From Octopus sinensis (taxonomy: Eukaryota): 64,000 bases of DNA. Every line of letters begins with the position of its first letter. Position 1 is the stretch's first letter. The notes beneath the pieces were generated by a model. The model made no database searches and was not told where the DNA came from. It was given only the letters and a program-made list of their open reading frames with translations. Shown piece after piece: positions 37,720 to 51,953 of the stretch. Made by a program: the position numbers and the translations under genes. Where the stretch lies: positions 27,652,001 to 27,716,000 of the forward strand of contig NC_043021.1 in NCBI RefSeq assembly GCF_006345805.1, given 5' to 3'.

Positions 37720-37860
37720 CAAGCGGACCCTCAGAAGTGGTAAGTATCCAAGCGAGGTGTATACAGCAGGAAAAACCGGAGGCCACGGATATATTGATTA
37801 ACGATGTCCTTGGCCTGATATTTCCGCTTGGATATTTGCCACTTCTGATGTTCTGCTCGC
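37719..37860. mobile_element. small MITE (~142 bp) with ~36-bp TIRs and TA flanks
   Basis: TCAGAAGTGGTAAGTATCCAAGCG (37731-37754) is inverted at 37825-37848. Weaker symmetry extends to TA dinucleotides at 37717 and 37861. Confidence 0.6.
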
Positions 37861-38280
37861 TAAGAAACATATCTAGATCGGATCTCATATATTCTTATAT
37901 ACTTCATTCCGTAACCCTTGTATTCTTTTTCGCATTCGCACACCCGGCAACCCTGGTCGCCCATCGTAAAATAAAAAAGAACTTTTTTCAGTTTACATAT
38001 TTCGATACGAAACAATTTCAAAACCTTCATCTCAATAAACCAATATTGACCCTGAAAGCTGTTTTAGTGCTTGAAGCTAACTTTCTCCCTATACCTTGAT
38101 CCCTGGATCTTACATTGATATGTATGTATGTATGTATGTATGTATATAGATATATTTACACATACACACACGCGTATATATACACACATATATGTATATA
38201 TACATGTGAAAATGGATACATATGTAAATAGGCATACACACCTGTAAGTACATATAAATATATATATATATATATATATG

Positions 38281-38323
<43 letters not shown>

Positions 38324-38516
38324 GTAATATATATATATATATATTATATATATATATATATATATACGTAAATATAAGAGAGCGACCACTATGTGGTCTA
38401 CTCTAGCACTAAAAATAGATCCGTTGAGCTTCAGCCACATAAAAAATGTTTCCGATGAATATTAGCACAACTACTGGCGCAGACAGGGCAAATAAACATA
38501 ACAAAAATTTAAATTA

Positions 38517-38607
38517 GTTCGGGACAATTGTTTCGCTATTAATAAATTAATAAATTATGTAATTTTACTCACATAATATACCTTTATTTGTAGCTCCTCG
38601 GCCGAAC
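38517..38607 (-). ncRNA. variant type I hammerhead-like motif with extended stem II
   Basis: Minus strand: GUUCGG CCGAGGA GCUA-[~52 nt]-UAGC GAAA C-AAUU-G UC^CCGAAC. The only core deviation is U4 to C. Confidence 0.6.
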
Positions 38608-39376
38608 CCATTCAGAATACAATTAACTCGACCGCACGCTATACTTCACCACCACTCAAACGCACGTGCAGTCCAGCCAATTGCATTCGTTGCTATAGTT
38701 TAAGTACCCCTGTCTTAGCCCGCCAACACTCACGGAAACAGATACTACATCCAAAATTAAATGTAGCATAGTTACAATACGTATAAAATGTATGAAAATC
38801 CGGGTTTTATATGCACGAAGCCGCTTGGTGTTGAATGGATGTACTATTAAATTAGTATACAAATTTCTCACCCTCATTAGTTGATTATATATATATATGT
38901 ATGTATATATATATATACGTGCACACTCATAAACACACACGCACGCGCTCCCCCCCCCACATACAACATATATATTACCTAACGGAATCAGCGTTCTACG
39001 GGGAGCATGCGATCAGCGGATGTTATTACTGTCGCTTGATTTCCGTTGTCCATTGAAGTTAAACTGTAGTTTGAGGTAACATAATCAATTATATTGGAGG
39101 CCACGCAGTAGTGCGAGCCTAACATGATCGATAATCATATAAGAGGTCTCAGTGGAGATCCTACCAATAGAAACTTTTGACAGGGTCGATCAATGTCTTG
39201 TTTCGTTTCAGGTTTAATGACTTTGGAATAGAATAGAATATTGGACGCAAATTACACACAGAGTAACACGTATTTACATACATATGCATACGGACACAAA
39301 TCTACAACCAGTGGCGAACTCATATAAATATATGTACATATGTATGTGTATAAATATGTCCATATGTGTATGTGTG

Positions 39377-39416
<40 letters not shown>

Positions 39417-39789
39417 GGTCCCGGGTTGATTCGGGGTTAACCACAGTAAATAAGGTACTCAATACATAGCAGAGTAAAATTAATTTATTATATAGAAGGA
39501 GCTTCTACAGGACTAGAACTGTTTCATTCAAGAGAAATCTTCAGGAAGCTAGTTAACAAGAATTGTATTGGCATTTATACATTTAGGCAGGTTTAACGGG
39601 GTGTTGGTGGGGGACTTTTTTGGGGGTAGGCATAGCGCAAAATATCATACTTGGGGGAGTGGTCAAGGAGTCAGTGTTAAATTAGATAGAAGAATAAATA
39701 AAAAAATAAAAAAATAAAAAAATAAAAAAATATAAAAAAATAAAAAAACCTATATATAAAAAAAACCTATATATAAAAAAAAGGGGGAA

Positions 39790-40626
39790 TAGAGTTTTAG
39801 GTAAATAAGGAGATTCTCACTGATACCTATGCACACATGTATACATACATACACACACATACAAACATATATACATATACATACACAGATACATACACAC
39901 ACATATATATACATATATATACACTTACACATACACATACATATACATATCTACACATACACATATATGTATACATACACACACTCACATGCATACACGT
40001 ATACACACATGTATATATACACACACGACCTCACATACATATACGCACAGAAAAATATATATACACATACACACACATACTCACATACACGCATACACAC
40101 ACATATCCACACACACACATGCACACACAGCACACTAGTCCCTATATACACATATATACACATACACACACATATACACACACATACATACATATACATA
40201 CATGTATATATATACATATGTGTACCTATGCAAACCTACACATACACACATATATATACACATACAAATACAGACCCATTCCCTAATTTTAATTTTATTA
40301 TCTTCGTTTATTACTTTTGTTATCTTTGGCCGCTTGGTCACAAACATCTTGGCTATGACAGCCAGTCCATTTATCTGTCTACTGGAAAACAAGCACTCAT
40401 TCACTCACGCACACTCTTTAGCACGTACTCTCACTCATTCGTACACTCATACACGTACACGCACGCACGCGTTATATTCATACATACATCCATCTACATA
40501 CATTCACGTATATACACATACGTACGCGTACCTACAGATTTATGTCTACACTCTTAGAAGGCTAGTCTATATATATACACCAATAAATATAAATACACAC
40601 ACATACATATACACCTACATACAAAT

Positions 40627-40667
<41 letters not shown>

Positions 40668-41337
40668 CATATATATATATACACATATATACACATACAC
40701 ACATATACACACACATACGCATACACACACATATACATATATATACACTACACGCACATACACATGTACATGCGTACCCATACACACACACACACACACG
40801 CGCATCCATATATACACATAAGTACACACATGCGTAAAAGTATACATATATCTATGCTTACACATACACACACACACACGTGCCTCCTTATATTTATACT
40901 TACATGCATACTCAAAAAATAAGTAAATAGTAAAATATATATACGCGCAGTTATTCGTACATGCATACTCAAAAAATAAATAATAAATATTAAGTATATG
41001 TACGTGCAGTTACCTATTATATAGACGGATACATACATACAAACTTACACACTATATATTTATATATATATATATATATATATACATATACATACATATA
41101 TACACATACACATACACATACATATATACATACATATATATATACACACACACACATACACATACATATATACATATATATACATACTTACACACATGTA
41201 CATATAAATACACACATAGATAACTCTACGTACCTACATATGCATAAACACACGAGCGTACGCGCATATGTACATATACACATACACATACACACGCATA
41301 TATATACATACATACATACACATACACACATGTGAAT

Positions 41338-41370
<33 letters not shown>

Positions 41371-41385
41371 CACATACATACACAT

Positions 41386-41431
<46 letters not shown>

Positions 41432-41701
41432 ATATATATATATACATATACACACATATACACATATATCTACACACACACACACATACATACACACATA
41501 CATACACATATACATACATATACACACACATATACACATATACATATACATATACACATACACACACATATATACATGTGTGCAAACATACATACATTCT
41601 CATACAAGCAGACACACTTACATTTACATATATACACACACTTACACACATATATACATACACATATACATACATACATACATACATACGTATATGCATA
41701 C

Positions 41702-41736
<35 letters not shown>

Positions 41737-41832
41737 CATACATACATACACATACACATACCGATACATATATATACACACATATACATATACACATGCA
41801 CATACCTATATCTCTACATACTCGCATATACG

Positions 41833-41890
<58 letters not shown>

Positions 41891-42270
41891 TACATATACA
41901 CACATACATATACCTATATACATGTATATATACACACACACACATATATACACATCTACATATATATATATATACATATATATATATGCATATATTTATA
42001 TAATGAGAGACACCTACAGACGCTAACGCAGATAGGAATAATATTATTTACACAGACTTACTGCCGCACAAATACGAGCCTCAAGGGACGTATTTGTGTC
42101 CATTACATAAACATGCTCGCACACACGTTCATACTGAGAGGCAAATATATATGTGTATGTATGTATGTAACCCTATGTGTGTATGTGTGTGTGTATGTTT
42201 GAGTATGCGTGTGTATACTTATACATATATGTATGTACGTATATATATATATATATATATACATATATAT
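39790..42270. repeat. long (CA)n/(TA)n/(TACA)n compound microsatellite field
   Basis: Direct reading. All long ORFs here are HT/YI repeats. Confidence 0.9.
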
Positions 42271-42410
42271 ATAATAAAAAATTAATAAAAATCTGTAATT
42301 GTAAAACCATCCAGATTACTGAGTACCTTATTTCTACTAATATATAATACCTGTACATCACCTCCAAACCTTCTAATATAAATATAGATGTATATATATA
42401 CATATATATA

Positions 42411-42804
42411 TACTCTTTTACTCTTTACTCTTTTACTTGTTTCAGTCATTTGACTGCGGCCATGCTGGAGCACCACCTTTAATCGAGCCCGGGACTTAAT
42501 CTTTGTAAGCCCAGTACATATTCTATCGGTCTCTTTTGCCGAACCGCTATGTGACGGGGACATAAACACACCAGCATCAGTTGTCAAGCAATGCTACGGG
42601 GACAAACACAGATACACAAACACACATATATATACATATATACATATATACGACGGGCTTCTTTCAGTTTCCGTCTACCAAATCCACTCACAAGGCTTTG
42701 GTCGGCTCGAGGCTATAATAGAAGACACGGGGTGCCGCGCAGTGGGACTGAACCCGGAACCATGTGGTTGGTAAACAAGCTACTTACACACAGCTACTCC
42801 TGCG

Positions 42805-42806
<2 letters not shown>
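42411..42806 (-). mobile_element. SINE family A, full length
   Basis: The 3' tail, body and tRNA-like head are all present. Confidence 0.9.
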
Positions 42807-42853
<47 letters not shown>

Positions 42854-42854
42854 T

Positions 42855-42956
<102 letters not shown>

Positions 42957-43741
42957 TATATATACATATATATATAGAGAGAGAGAGAGAAAGAGAGAGA
43001 GAGACAGAGAGACCTTTCAGCGCAGACGTAAACGTAGGTGGACATAGCTAGTCATAAAAACAAATACGCACACCTACACGCAATTAAATACATCCATACT
43101 TATATTGTACGAACACATACAGATCCCTACATGGCCGCACACATGTAATCCCACATGTGCTTCGACGTAGGCAGACGTTCATTCTATAGTATCAACCTCA
43201 GGTATATTAATAGATGTGGACGTAACCACAAGCAAACACAACCGTGCGTACCAGCAGATACACACACTCACACACACACATGGACACACTTATGCAGTTA
43301 CGCACATGCATACACACATAAACACATCCCAACAGACTCGAATGTTTATTCACGGCTAGAAGCACGTAGATATGTATAGGGGACACTAATGCCCACAACT
43401 CCTACACACGGGCCTTGTAAGAAATAGAACTCCCTGATACATACATACATACACCCATACACACACACACACACAAGCATGGATGTAAGCGCACACACGC
43501 ACACACACATACACACTGACACACACACACAACCATACACATGCACGCATATACACATGAAGAAATACATGCGGCTCTGTACGTTAATAGTGAGGCGCCC
43601 AGTCAAACACGATTGCATGCTTACAGGTGTATAGATGTAAGCCCCCCCCCCACAAACTGGGTCACTGAGAAAGGTTTTGCAGTATTGTTTCCAATCCTTT
43701 ATGGCCAGCGTTCAAATCCAGACGGTTGTTATATATGTGTA

Positions 43742-44251
43742 CATTAATCCCTCATCATATCTCGGTTCACCTATCACGTACTCAGTACACTGCGGTTCGC
43801 CTATCGCGCACTCAGTACATCACGGATTTTTCTGGCGAATATATGTAAATTTATATCGCGGATCCCTCAGAATATCGCGGGTTTCTGCAGCAGATAGGTA
43901 TTTATATTCCTTTAGATTTTAATTATTTCTGTGGTAAAAATTAATAAATTGATAAATAAAAATACAGTACAGAACTGCACTGCATAACACGTTAATTAAA
44001 ATATATTAATAAAGAAAATACGTAGGGTACCGTAGATGAGTAAACACAGAATTGCACGTACTGTACGGAAAACGAAACTTGGGAGGCGAGTGAGGGGGGG
44101 GGGTGTTGTTTTGCATTCATAATAAAATAAATACAAATTATAAAAATGGGGGGAAATATATATACAGTAGAGAACTGTTTCTACTTCGGGGATTTTCACG
44201 TATCGGGGGAGATTTTGAAATGTAACGCCCGCGATAGTTGAGGAATTACTG
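43742..44251. mobile_element. Tigger/pogo-like non-autonomous DNA transposon
   Basis: The left end TA-CATTAATCCCTCA and the right-end reverse complement TA-CAGTAATTCCTCAACTATCGCGG resemble pogo/Tigger TIRs with a TA target. Confidence 0.65.
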
Positions 44252-44269
44252 TATTTGTGCACATGAAGT

Positions 44270-44530
44270 TGCCTAGATCTGTGGTTAGGTTATTCGACTC
44301 ACGATCTGAAGGTGGTGATTTCGATTCCTAGCGGTGCTTTGAGTTCTTGTGCAGGACGCTTTATTTCACGTTGCTCCAGTCCGGTCAGCTGGAAAAAATA
44401 AGTTGTATCTGTAATTGAAAGAGCCAGCCTCATCCCATTCTGTGTGACGCTGAACCTTGTAGAGAACTACGTTAAGTGCACGTATGTCTGTGGTGTACTC
44501 AGCCACTTCAACGTCAATTTCGCAAGCACA
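44270..44530 (+). mobile_element. SINE family C
   Basis: TGTGGTTAGG...GATTTCGATTCC head followed by TTTATTTCACGTTGCTCCAGTC. Confidence 0.7.
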
Positions 44531-44659
44531 CACCGTCGTCGTTTACGAGAGAGTGTCAGCTTGTTGTGTTTTTACGGTTATACCGAGATTTCGAATTTTA
44601 TTTAGTAAATAAAATAATTTGCTGGGCGAAATTCTCATCAGTAACCGCGCCATAACATT

Positions 44660-44860
44660 ACTCTTTACTCTTTTACTCTTTTACTTGTTTCAGTCATTAG
44701 ACTGTGGCCATGCTGGAGCAAATCGACCCCAGGACTTATTCTTTGTAAGCCTTGTACATATTCTATCGACTCTTTTTCCCGCACCTCTAAGTTACGGGGA
44801 CATAAACACACCACCATCGGTTGTCAAGCGATGTTGGTGGACAAACACAGACACACAAAC
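44660..44860 (-). mobile_element. SINE family A, 3' half
   Basis: TACTCTTTTACTTGTTTCAGTCATT...GGGACATAAACACACC. Confidence 0.8.
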
Positions 44861-44867
44861 ATATACA

Positions 44868-44930
<63 letters not shown>

Positions 44931-45237
44931 ATATATACGACGTTAGAAAACCGATTATAGCGGCGACTCCATCTAAGAATATCTGAAGAAGGAATTTTAT
45001 TCCGAAATATCATATCAGACTATGGATCGCTAAATTACAACAGGTACATAGCCCATTGTCTATATTATAGTGCATTGTTGTACCATTCAAAACTTTTTAT
45101 TCTTTATAAACTATGCACAATGCTTCAAACAAACTACAATACTCTCCTAAGTTTATATTGTGAAACACTGGAAAACCTATTCGTATTTTATTAACATCAA
45201 TCTTAATAAATGTACTAAGCATTCGTAAAACGTGCTA

Positions 45238-45308
<71 letters not shown>

Positions 45309-46434
45309 TTTGAATATGGTACTTAAGTTAAAGGCACCAGAATTTAGTATATATATACGTATGTGTGTATGGGTGTGAGTGTGTTGGTGTCTGTGTGTAT
45401 ATGTGTGTATATATGTATATTTACATTAGTGTGAAAAACCTGTATTTTAGTGAATGATGTCATTCGATCAAGATTGCCAGGTATTCTTGACTGAAATGTA
45501 ATAGTGTCTTCTCTCCTTTCCTACAAAATATATAATCTCCACAACATTCGTTTTCCTGCCGTTGGCATCAAGACTGAATCTGAAGGAAACTTCAGCACCG
45601 TAGAGAAGAGACAATTCTCAATAAAATATATGGAAAACAGTTTCGACAATCTCCTTGACTTCCCCATAGATGCACACCAGACAATTTTGGAACGTAATAT
45701 TCAGTAGAGAGGTTTCCGAAACGCTTCTATACACAATAAATACAATGAATGTGAATACAATCGATATAAGCAGAATACCTTACATTGTTTCGAGGATTTC
45801 AAGGCAATTTTAGCGTCTTCTAAAAGAGTTAAAGTACGAGATAAGATTGAATTTTGATACGAGAAATTTCTTTTGATCCCAAACACTTTGCGAAGCATTA
45901 CGTTATATGCTATTTATGAATCTCTTCGAATATCTTTCTTGTGTAATACTCAAGAGGTATTAGTTAGATTAGGCACACTGAACAACTCAAGTGTAGAATA
46001 GATACATTGCGCTTAAATCTTGTGACTAGATAGTTTCTCTTTACGAATGCCTTTGATAAGAGGATGGGAAGAAATACGTTTCGAATGACGTCATCGCGTT
46101 GGTAATCTGGGTGAAAAGTTACATCGATGAAGAAGGCGACGAAGCACAATGAGAACTGCATATAATTTGTAGTAACGCAAGAACAAAGAAAAATAATAAG
46201 AAAGAAAAGAACAAAAATGCAATTCCCAATTGCAGAGAAGGAAACTTTTGTTAAAGATGATTGTTTACGCAGTTTCTTAGAGGCGCCGAATCTAAAAGAT
46301 GATGTTTGTTACATTGCGACAAAATACGCTTTGATCATTTATTTCTGCCGTTTGCTTTCAACTTGTGTTGATGAGTCTTCATGTGATAACCAAGATAAAA
46401 CGAACACATGTTTTGCCAATTCTTAACAATACGT

Positions 46435-46469
<35 letters not shown>

Positions 46470-46498
46470 TTATGTATGTATATATGTATGTATGTATG

Positions 46499-46560
<62 letters not shown>

Positions 46561-48039
46561 TATATGTATGTATGTATGTATGTATATTACCATGGTAGCA
46601 AATAAATGTTGTCCCTAAACAACTAGGTTTCATAGAATTGACATTGTGATTGTCACGAACAACAACAGCGAAAGCAAAAAAAAAATAATATAAGTGGGGT
46701 AACGGCTATAAAACCTCCATATTTTATATAATACGTTCCTTTCCCTCCATATTGGAAAGGGTAATAAAGCTTCGTTTGTTTCCTTTGAGAGTCTTATGCT
46801 TGTTGAACATAAATATAACCAGCATCTACTTTCTTGTAATGTTAATATTTCTTTTATGAAACATGAATTAATAAACCAAATATGCTGGGGTAATAAAGTT
46901 TCCTTTTTATAAAGGTTCACAGTTCATACCGTGACATTATTAAAGCAAGAAATAATAACAAAAACTGAAAAACATAAAAATGAAAATAAATAATAGATTA
47001 AAAAAAAGTAATATGAACAATTTGGTTCCCAAAACCCGTAATTGAACAACTGATATCAAACAATTTTGAACCAGGCAAGAATGCACAGATGTAATATATG
47101 CATTTTTCAGATTTATCAAAAGTTATGGTTAATGTTACAAAGACATTTCTATTTCTTTATTATTAGATATTTGCGCCACCGCATATCAATAATATTTCAT
47201 TCCGTATAGTAGGCTTTCCTTCTTCGTAAGTAATTAATTAACAACATTTGCCTACTTTTCATTTTCTTCCAATGTCAACAGGGATTAAATCTTACACACA
47301 GAAATCTATCAACGGTAACAATATACGGTAACCCGGAGCAATATTGTATAAATTTCCCAGTAAAAGATATGTTTTGTTCTTTTGTCAACACAATAAGAAA
47401 AGAACGTATTTCGTTGTATTAACTTTATATTGATATTACAAGTATTACAAGAAAACCGATTGGATCTAAAGAATAAATAACGAAGAGCGTCGGAATAACA
47501 CATCAAATCAAATAACTAATATAGCTGTGTGGTTAAGACGCTAGCTTTGTAACACAATGATTACTGGTTCGATATCACACACTTGCACTTTAGGTGAGTG
47601 TCTCCCACTTTAAAATACTTTGTGTTATAAAATACGATGTGAGTAAAATTCGGCAGACGGAGAATACGTTGAAATCTCGTCATACATATATACATACATA
47701 CATAGATACTTAGATACATACATACATACAAATGACGCACACACACATACACACACACACATATATATATATGCATATATATATATATGCATATATGTAT
47801 GCGTATATACAAAATGTGTGCCTGTCGGCGTGTGCATGCGTGTTTATACTCAATTGTGTATATGTGCATATATATATGTGTGTGTGTGTGTGTGTGCGTG
47901 TATGTATATATATATTTACATGTATGTTTATATCTACATGAATGAATACACATACATACAAACACACATATATTCCGTGTCAAATGAGGTCGAATATAAT
48001 TTTATAAATATAGTAGATATAATTTTAGCGGCTATAATA

Positions 48040-49720
48040 GAGTACAGAGGCAATCTTGGAACCGGTCTGTGAGGAAAGATTCATTCGACATAACAATGAA
48101 GTCCAGCGATTCAGCGCAAGTAACGGATATAGTTGGAATATACTTATCATCACAGATAGGATCTTGGTTCCCGAACTTAGGTGGAAGGGGATTATATAGA
48201 GACAATGATCTATTTACACTACAAGAAAGTAGTAAAGTAACAAAAACTGTTTGAATACGCACCACGGATGGAAATAGAAATAAATTCAGCCTCAACGATG
48301 GAAAGTTCGAACCATTCCATACCCGAAATGAAAACATAAAATATGTAAGCCGCGGATCTAACCATCTGGAACTTATACCGTGAAGCCTCCAGAGAAGTGT
48401 GTCTAACAGAATATCCAGACTATCCGTGAGCGAACAGATATTCAACATGCACGCTGAATATTACAACTCAGCACTAGCTACGGCAGGTTATAAGGATAGA
48501 ATTGTATATGTACAGAATAGGACAGAGAAGGCTCAATACCCAAAGAGTGTTATTTATATTAGAGGTAATCCTGTAAATAACCACAGAATACCAGACCCTA
48601 AAAAAAACAACATTAAAAATAATAGTGACGAATATTGAAAAATAGAACCACAACACCTAGAAGGATAAATATCAAATAGAACCAAGGAATCAGCTGGCAA
48701 GGGTAAAAAAAGGGATTGATAAATGTAGCCAGAAATAGTAAACAGATAGTAGAAACATAAAACGAAACATCGTAACAAACCGAATAAGTCTATTAAAAGA
48801 GATCGAAAAATAATTGATGAAATTATTTGGGTTAACCCAATTTTCAATTCGCAAATCAAATTCAAGATAGATTAGGAATTCTTCTCAGCTTTAGATAGGC
48901 ACTGCCCAAAAATCTTCCGAATATCATAGAATCATCAGCAGGCATAATGCGAAAATAGCATATGCGACTTCTCAGTCTAGAAGGCTACATACACAAACTA
49001 CATAACATGAAACTGAATAGGACAAAACCAGAGGGAGCTTAGGTAAAAAACGCAGATGAAAACAAAATAGACAACAATGGAATGATTGCAAGCAGGAATA
49101 ATAAAAGCTCACCCATAACAAAAACGGGTCCAAATAGGGACATACAATTGACAGTGCAATCCATACTTAAGAAATATGAGAACAATATTAGAAGAGGAAG
49201 ATCAAATGTGACCACCAATAATAACTTCGCTTACAGAACCGGAAAATATTATATATGTAACATCAAAGGAAAAATGAATGCCAGTATAACAACTGCTTGA
49301 TAAAGAATGTAGTTCGGAAATGTGAAATGAAGATGGGCACAAAAAAATATGTGTACATCGATGGTACCGGAGATACCATGAAAAATACTCGGCGCAACCA
49401 TCTTACGTCCTTTTCCAATGTAAACAAAAGGCGGCACTCCACATCATTATCTATCTGGAAGCTCAAACATAATGGAAAGGAGCACTCGATGAACTGGTCT
49501 ATAACACCCCACCAAAAAACAAAACGCCACACCATACAACAGAACATCGTGGGTATTCAACTTATGCCCAGATGTAAAACTGGAGATGATCACATCCAGA
49601 GAAAACATAATAGACATTCCGAAGTAATTATATCATGTAAGCGTAAAAGCAAAGCATCATTCAAAGAATTCGAAAAGAACATTATAAAACAGGAAAACAT
49701 TAAGCGCCATTAACATATAA
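48040..49720 (+). mobile_element. degenerate Penelope-like element, Naiad-like RT and GIY-YIG
   Basis: Fragments FDITMKSSDSAQVTDIVGIYL, GLYRDNDL, RISRLSVSEQIFNMHAEYYNSALATAGY, IIWVNPIFN and C..NNCLIKNVV.KC...YVYI.GT....K.TRRNHLTSF...STSLS.WKLK....NWSI resemble Naiad-clade PLE proteins. There are many stops and frameshifts. Confidence 0.7.
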
Positions 49721-50340
49721 TGAAACAGGAGAAGATACAAACCAACTAGCAAAAGTAACCATTGTGTGCATATGCTATATGCTATACCATAGTACAACTA
49801 AAATGAATTAAAAGGGCATTTTAAAGGAACATCATTCCTCAAGTCAGAAAATGAACTTCAACAACAGAATAGCTGTACTTCCTCGCACTACTGCATCTGA
49901 ATTCATTAAGGAGGCGTCTGCTGTGATTAAGATCAAGCAATCAATTATACTATCCACCCGCCATCTGCATAAAAAGTATCAAAACGAAACTAATATCACC
50001 TTTATCAACATCATTTCTTTCTCTCTTTGTTTGTTATTATTTTTATTGTATTTGTGTAACGCCCGTTTTTTTCTGTCCTTGTTTTTGTATACATTCGCTG
50101 CTTTCTTCCAAGGAATCTAATGCTCTTAGTTTAGTTTTTCCTTGGAACTGGCCAGATTGCAGCAATCTCAAGTATAATCAGCCCAAATTGCGAAGATAAT
50201 CTGTTACTTGACTGACGAAAGAAAACTTCGAATGACTCGTCCTTGGTTTCTTTGTATCGTCTGTTTGGATATTTGTTGTCCCACTTTTGTACCACCTAAC
50301 TGTCCGGATGTTTTGCGTTTTTGTCCCATTTTGTATTTTA

Positions 50341-50432
<92 letters not shown>

Positions 50433-50460
50433 ATGGAGCGGCGTACGTACACTTTGGTCT

Positions 50461-50503
<43 letters not shown>

Positions 50504-50734
50504 TTGTGTGTGAGTGTGTGTGTGTATGTGTGCGTGCGTGTGTGTTTGTGTTGTGTGTGTGTCTTGTTACGTGTATTAGTGGAAATATATTTCTCTCTGA
50601 TGAGACACAGCTTTGTCGAAATACCGGCTGTCCCACAATCCATTGGGCTAATGAAGCGACTATATTATGACCAAATATTTGCCGTGAAAGAAAATTTGTT
50701 CCTCAGTTACAACGGAATACAGCAGCGATTATCA

Positions 50735-51953
50735 TATTAGTCTTTTTCTACATAGGAACCACTCAGTCACACATTTCTCCCATCGTTTGATGCAACTCTG
50801 GAGACCGTTTTTGTAGAAGACCCCAGCTTGGTCCTCCAACCACGACATGACTTCAGAAATCAAGGCTGCATCATCTGGGAAACGCTTTCCTTTCAAAAAC
50901 AACTTCACGGCTAGGAAGAGGTGAAAATCAGAGGGTGCAAGGTCAGGAGAGTAGGGGGAGGGGGGAGGAGTTCATAGCCGCACGCCTGTGCTTCTGATCT
51001 GGCGACACACGAGTTGTAGACCGGAGCGTTGTTCTGCAGGAGGAGGATGCCTTTGCTGATCTTGCCCCGCCTCTTGATTTTGATAGCTTCTCTTAATTTC
51101 CTCAAAAGTGAAGCATAACAGGCTCCTATAATTGTGGTACCCTTTGCCAGGAAATCTGTCATCACTACTCCGTTCTGGTCCCAGAAGACTGTGAGCATGA
51201 CCTTGCCAGTGGAGGGCTGCACCCTTGCCTTCTTTGGAGGAGGTGAGTCACGGAGCTTCCACTGCATTGACTGGGCTTTGGTCTCTGGATCATAGTGATG
51301 GACCCAGGTTTAATCCCGTGTAATCAGTCTTTTGAAAAATTTTGACTCATCTTCTTGGCACATCTCCAAATTCATCCTCGAGCACTCAACGCGTTCTTGC
51401 TTCTGGAAAGGTGTGAGCAACCTGGGAATCCATCTGGCAGACACCTTTTGCATATGCAAATGGTCATGAATGATAATTTCCACAGACCCGGTACTAAACT
51501 TGACCTCATGGGCTATTTGCCGAATAGTTATGCGTCGATCTTCCAAAATGGCAGCCTCAACTTGACGGGCAGATGCCTCATCAATGGCAGAAGGGGGGCG
51601 ACCAGATCTGGGAGCTGTTTCCACAGAGTTCCAACCATGTTTGAATTCACGATGCCAGCGTTTTACAAGGTCATATGATGGGGCATCATCACCATAAGTT
51701 ACTTTCATTTCATCAAAAGTCTCCCGTGGTGTGCGTCCTTTCAAATACAAAAACCGCATCACTGCTCGACACTCAACAGGCTCCATTTCACCCTTGACTC
51801 AGTTCAAACACCCTTATATCAGAAACCACAATTAGTTCAGAGCTGTAATTTGCCACCTAATCTATAGAGATATAAATAATTGCACATGTAAATTTTCAGC
51901 TAGATCAAACAACTGCAAGTGGGTCAGAGGCATTACTTATTGAACGCCCCTCG
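50735..51953 (-). mobile_element. mariner transposon (irritans-like), frameshifted, one TIR visible
   Basis: ORF 51310-51786 (HTH, KVSARWIPRLLT), ORF 50911-51267 (GKVMLTVFWD..., LLQNNAP), then RWEKCV. The TIR TA-CGAGGGGCGTTCAATAAGT is at 51953 on the minus strand. Confidence 0.92.

Noticed and set aside
39750-42290. Long ORFs of 200-250 aa (HTYI-rich), also at 7.1-8.9, 16.5-18.7, 24.2-24.5 and 28.8-29.4 kb
   Set aside because: They are translations of (CA)n/(TA)n/(TACA)n microsatellites that lack stop codons by composition.
44979-45020. CTGAAGAAGGAATTTTATTCCGAAATATCATATC hammerhead-like string, and a similar CTGACGA string at 50208
   Set aside because: There is an extra nucleotide before stem II or an altered GAAA, and no stem I partner.
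49720-50250. SECIS element downstream of the Naiad-like relic
   Set aside because: Several ATGA..AA strings exist, but I could not fold a convincing kink-turn stem.
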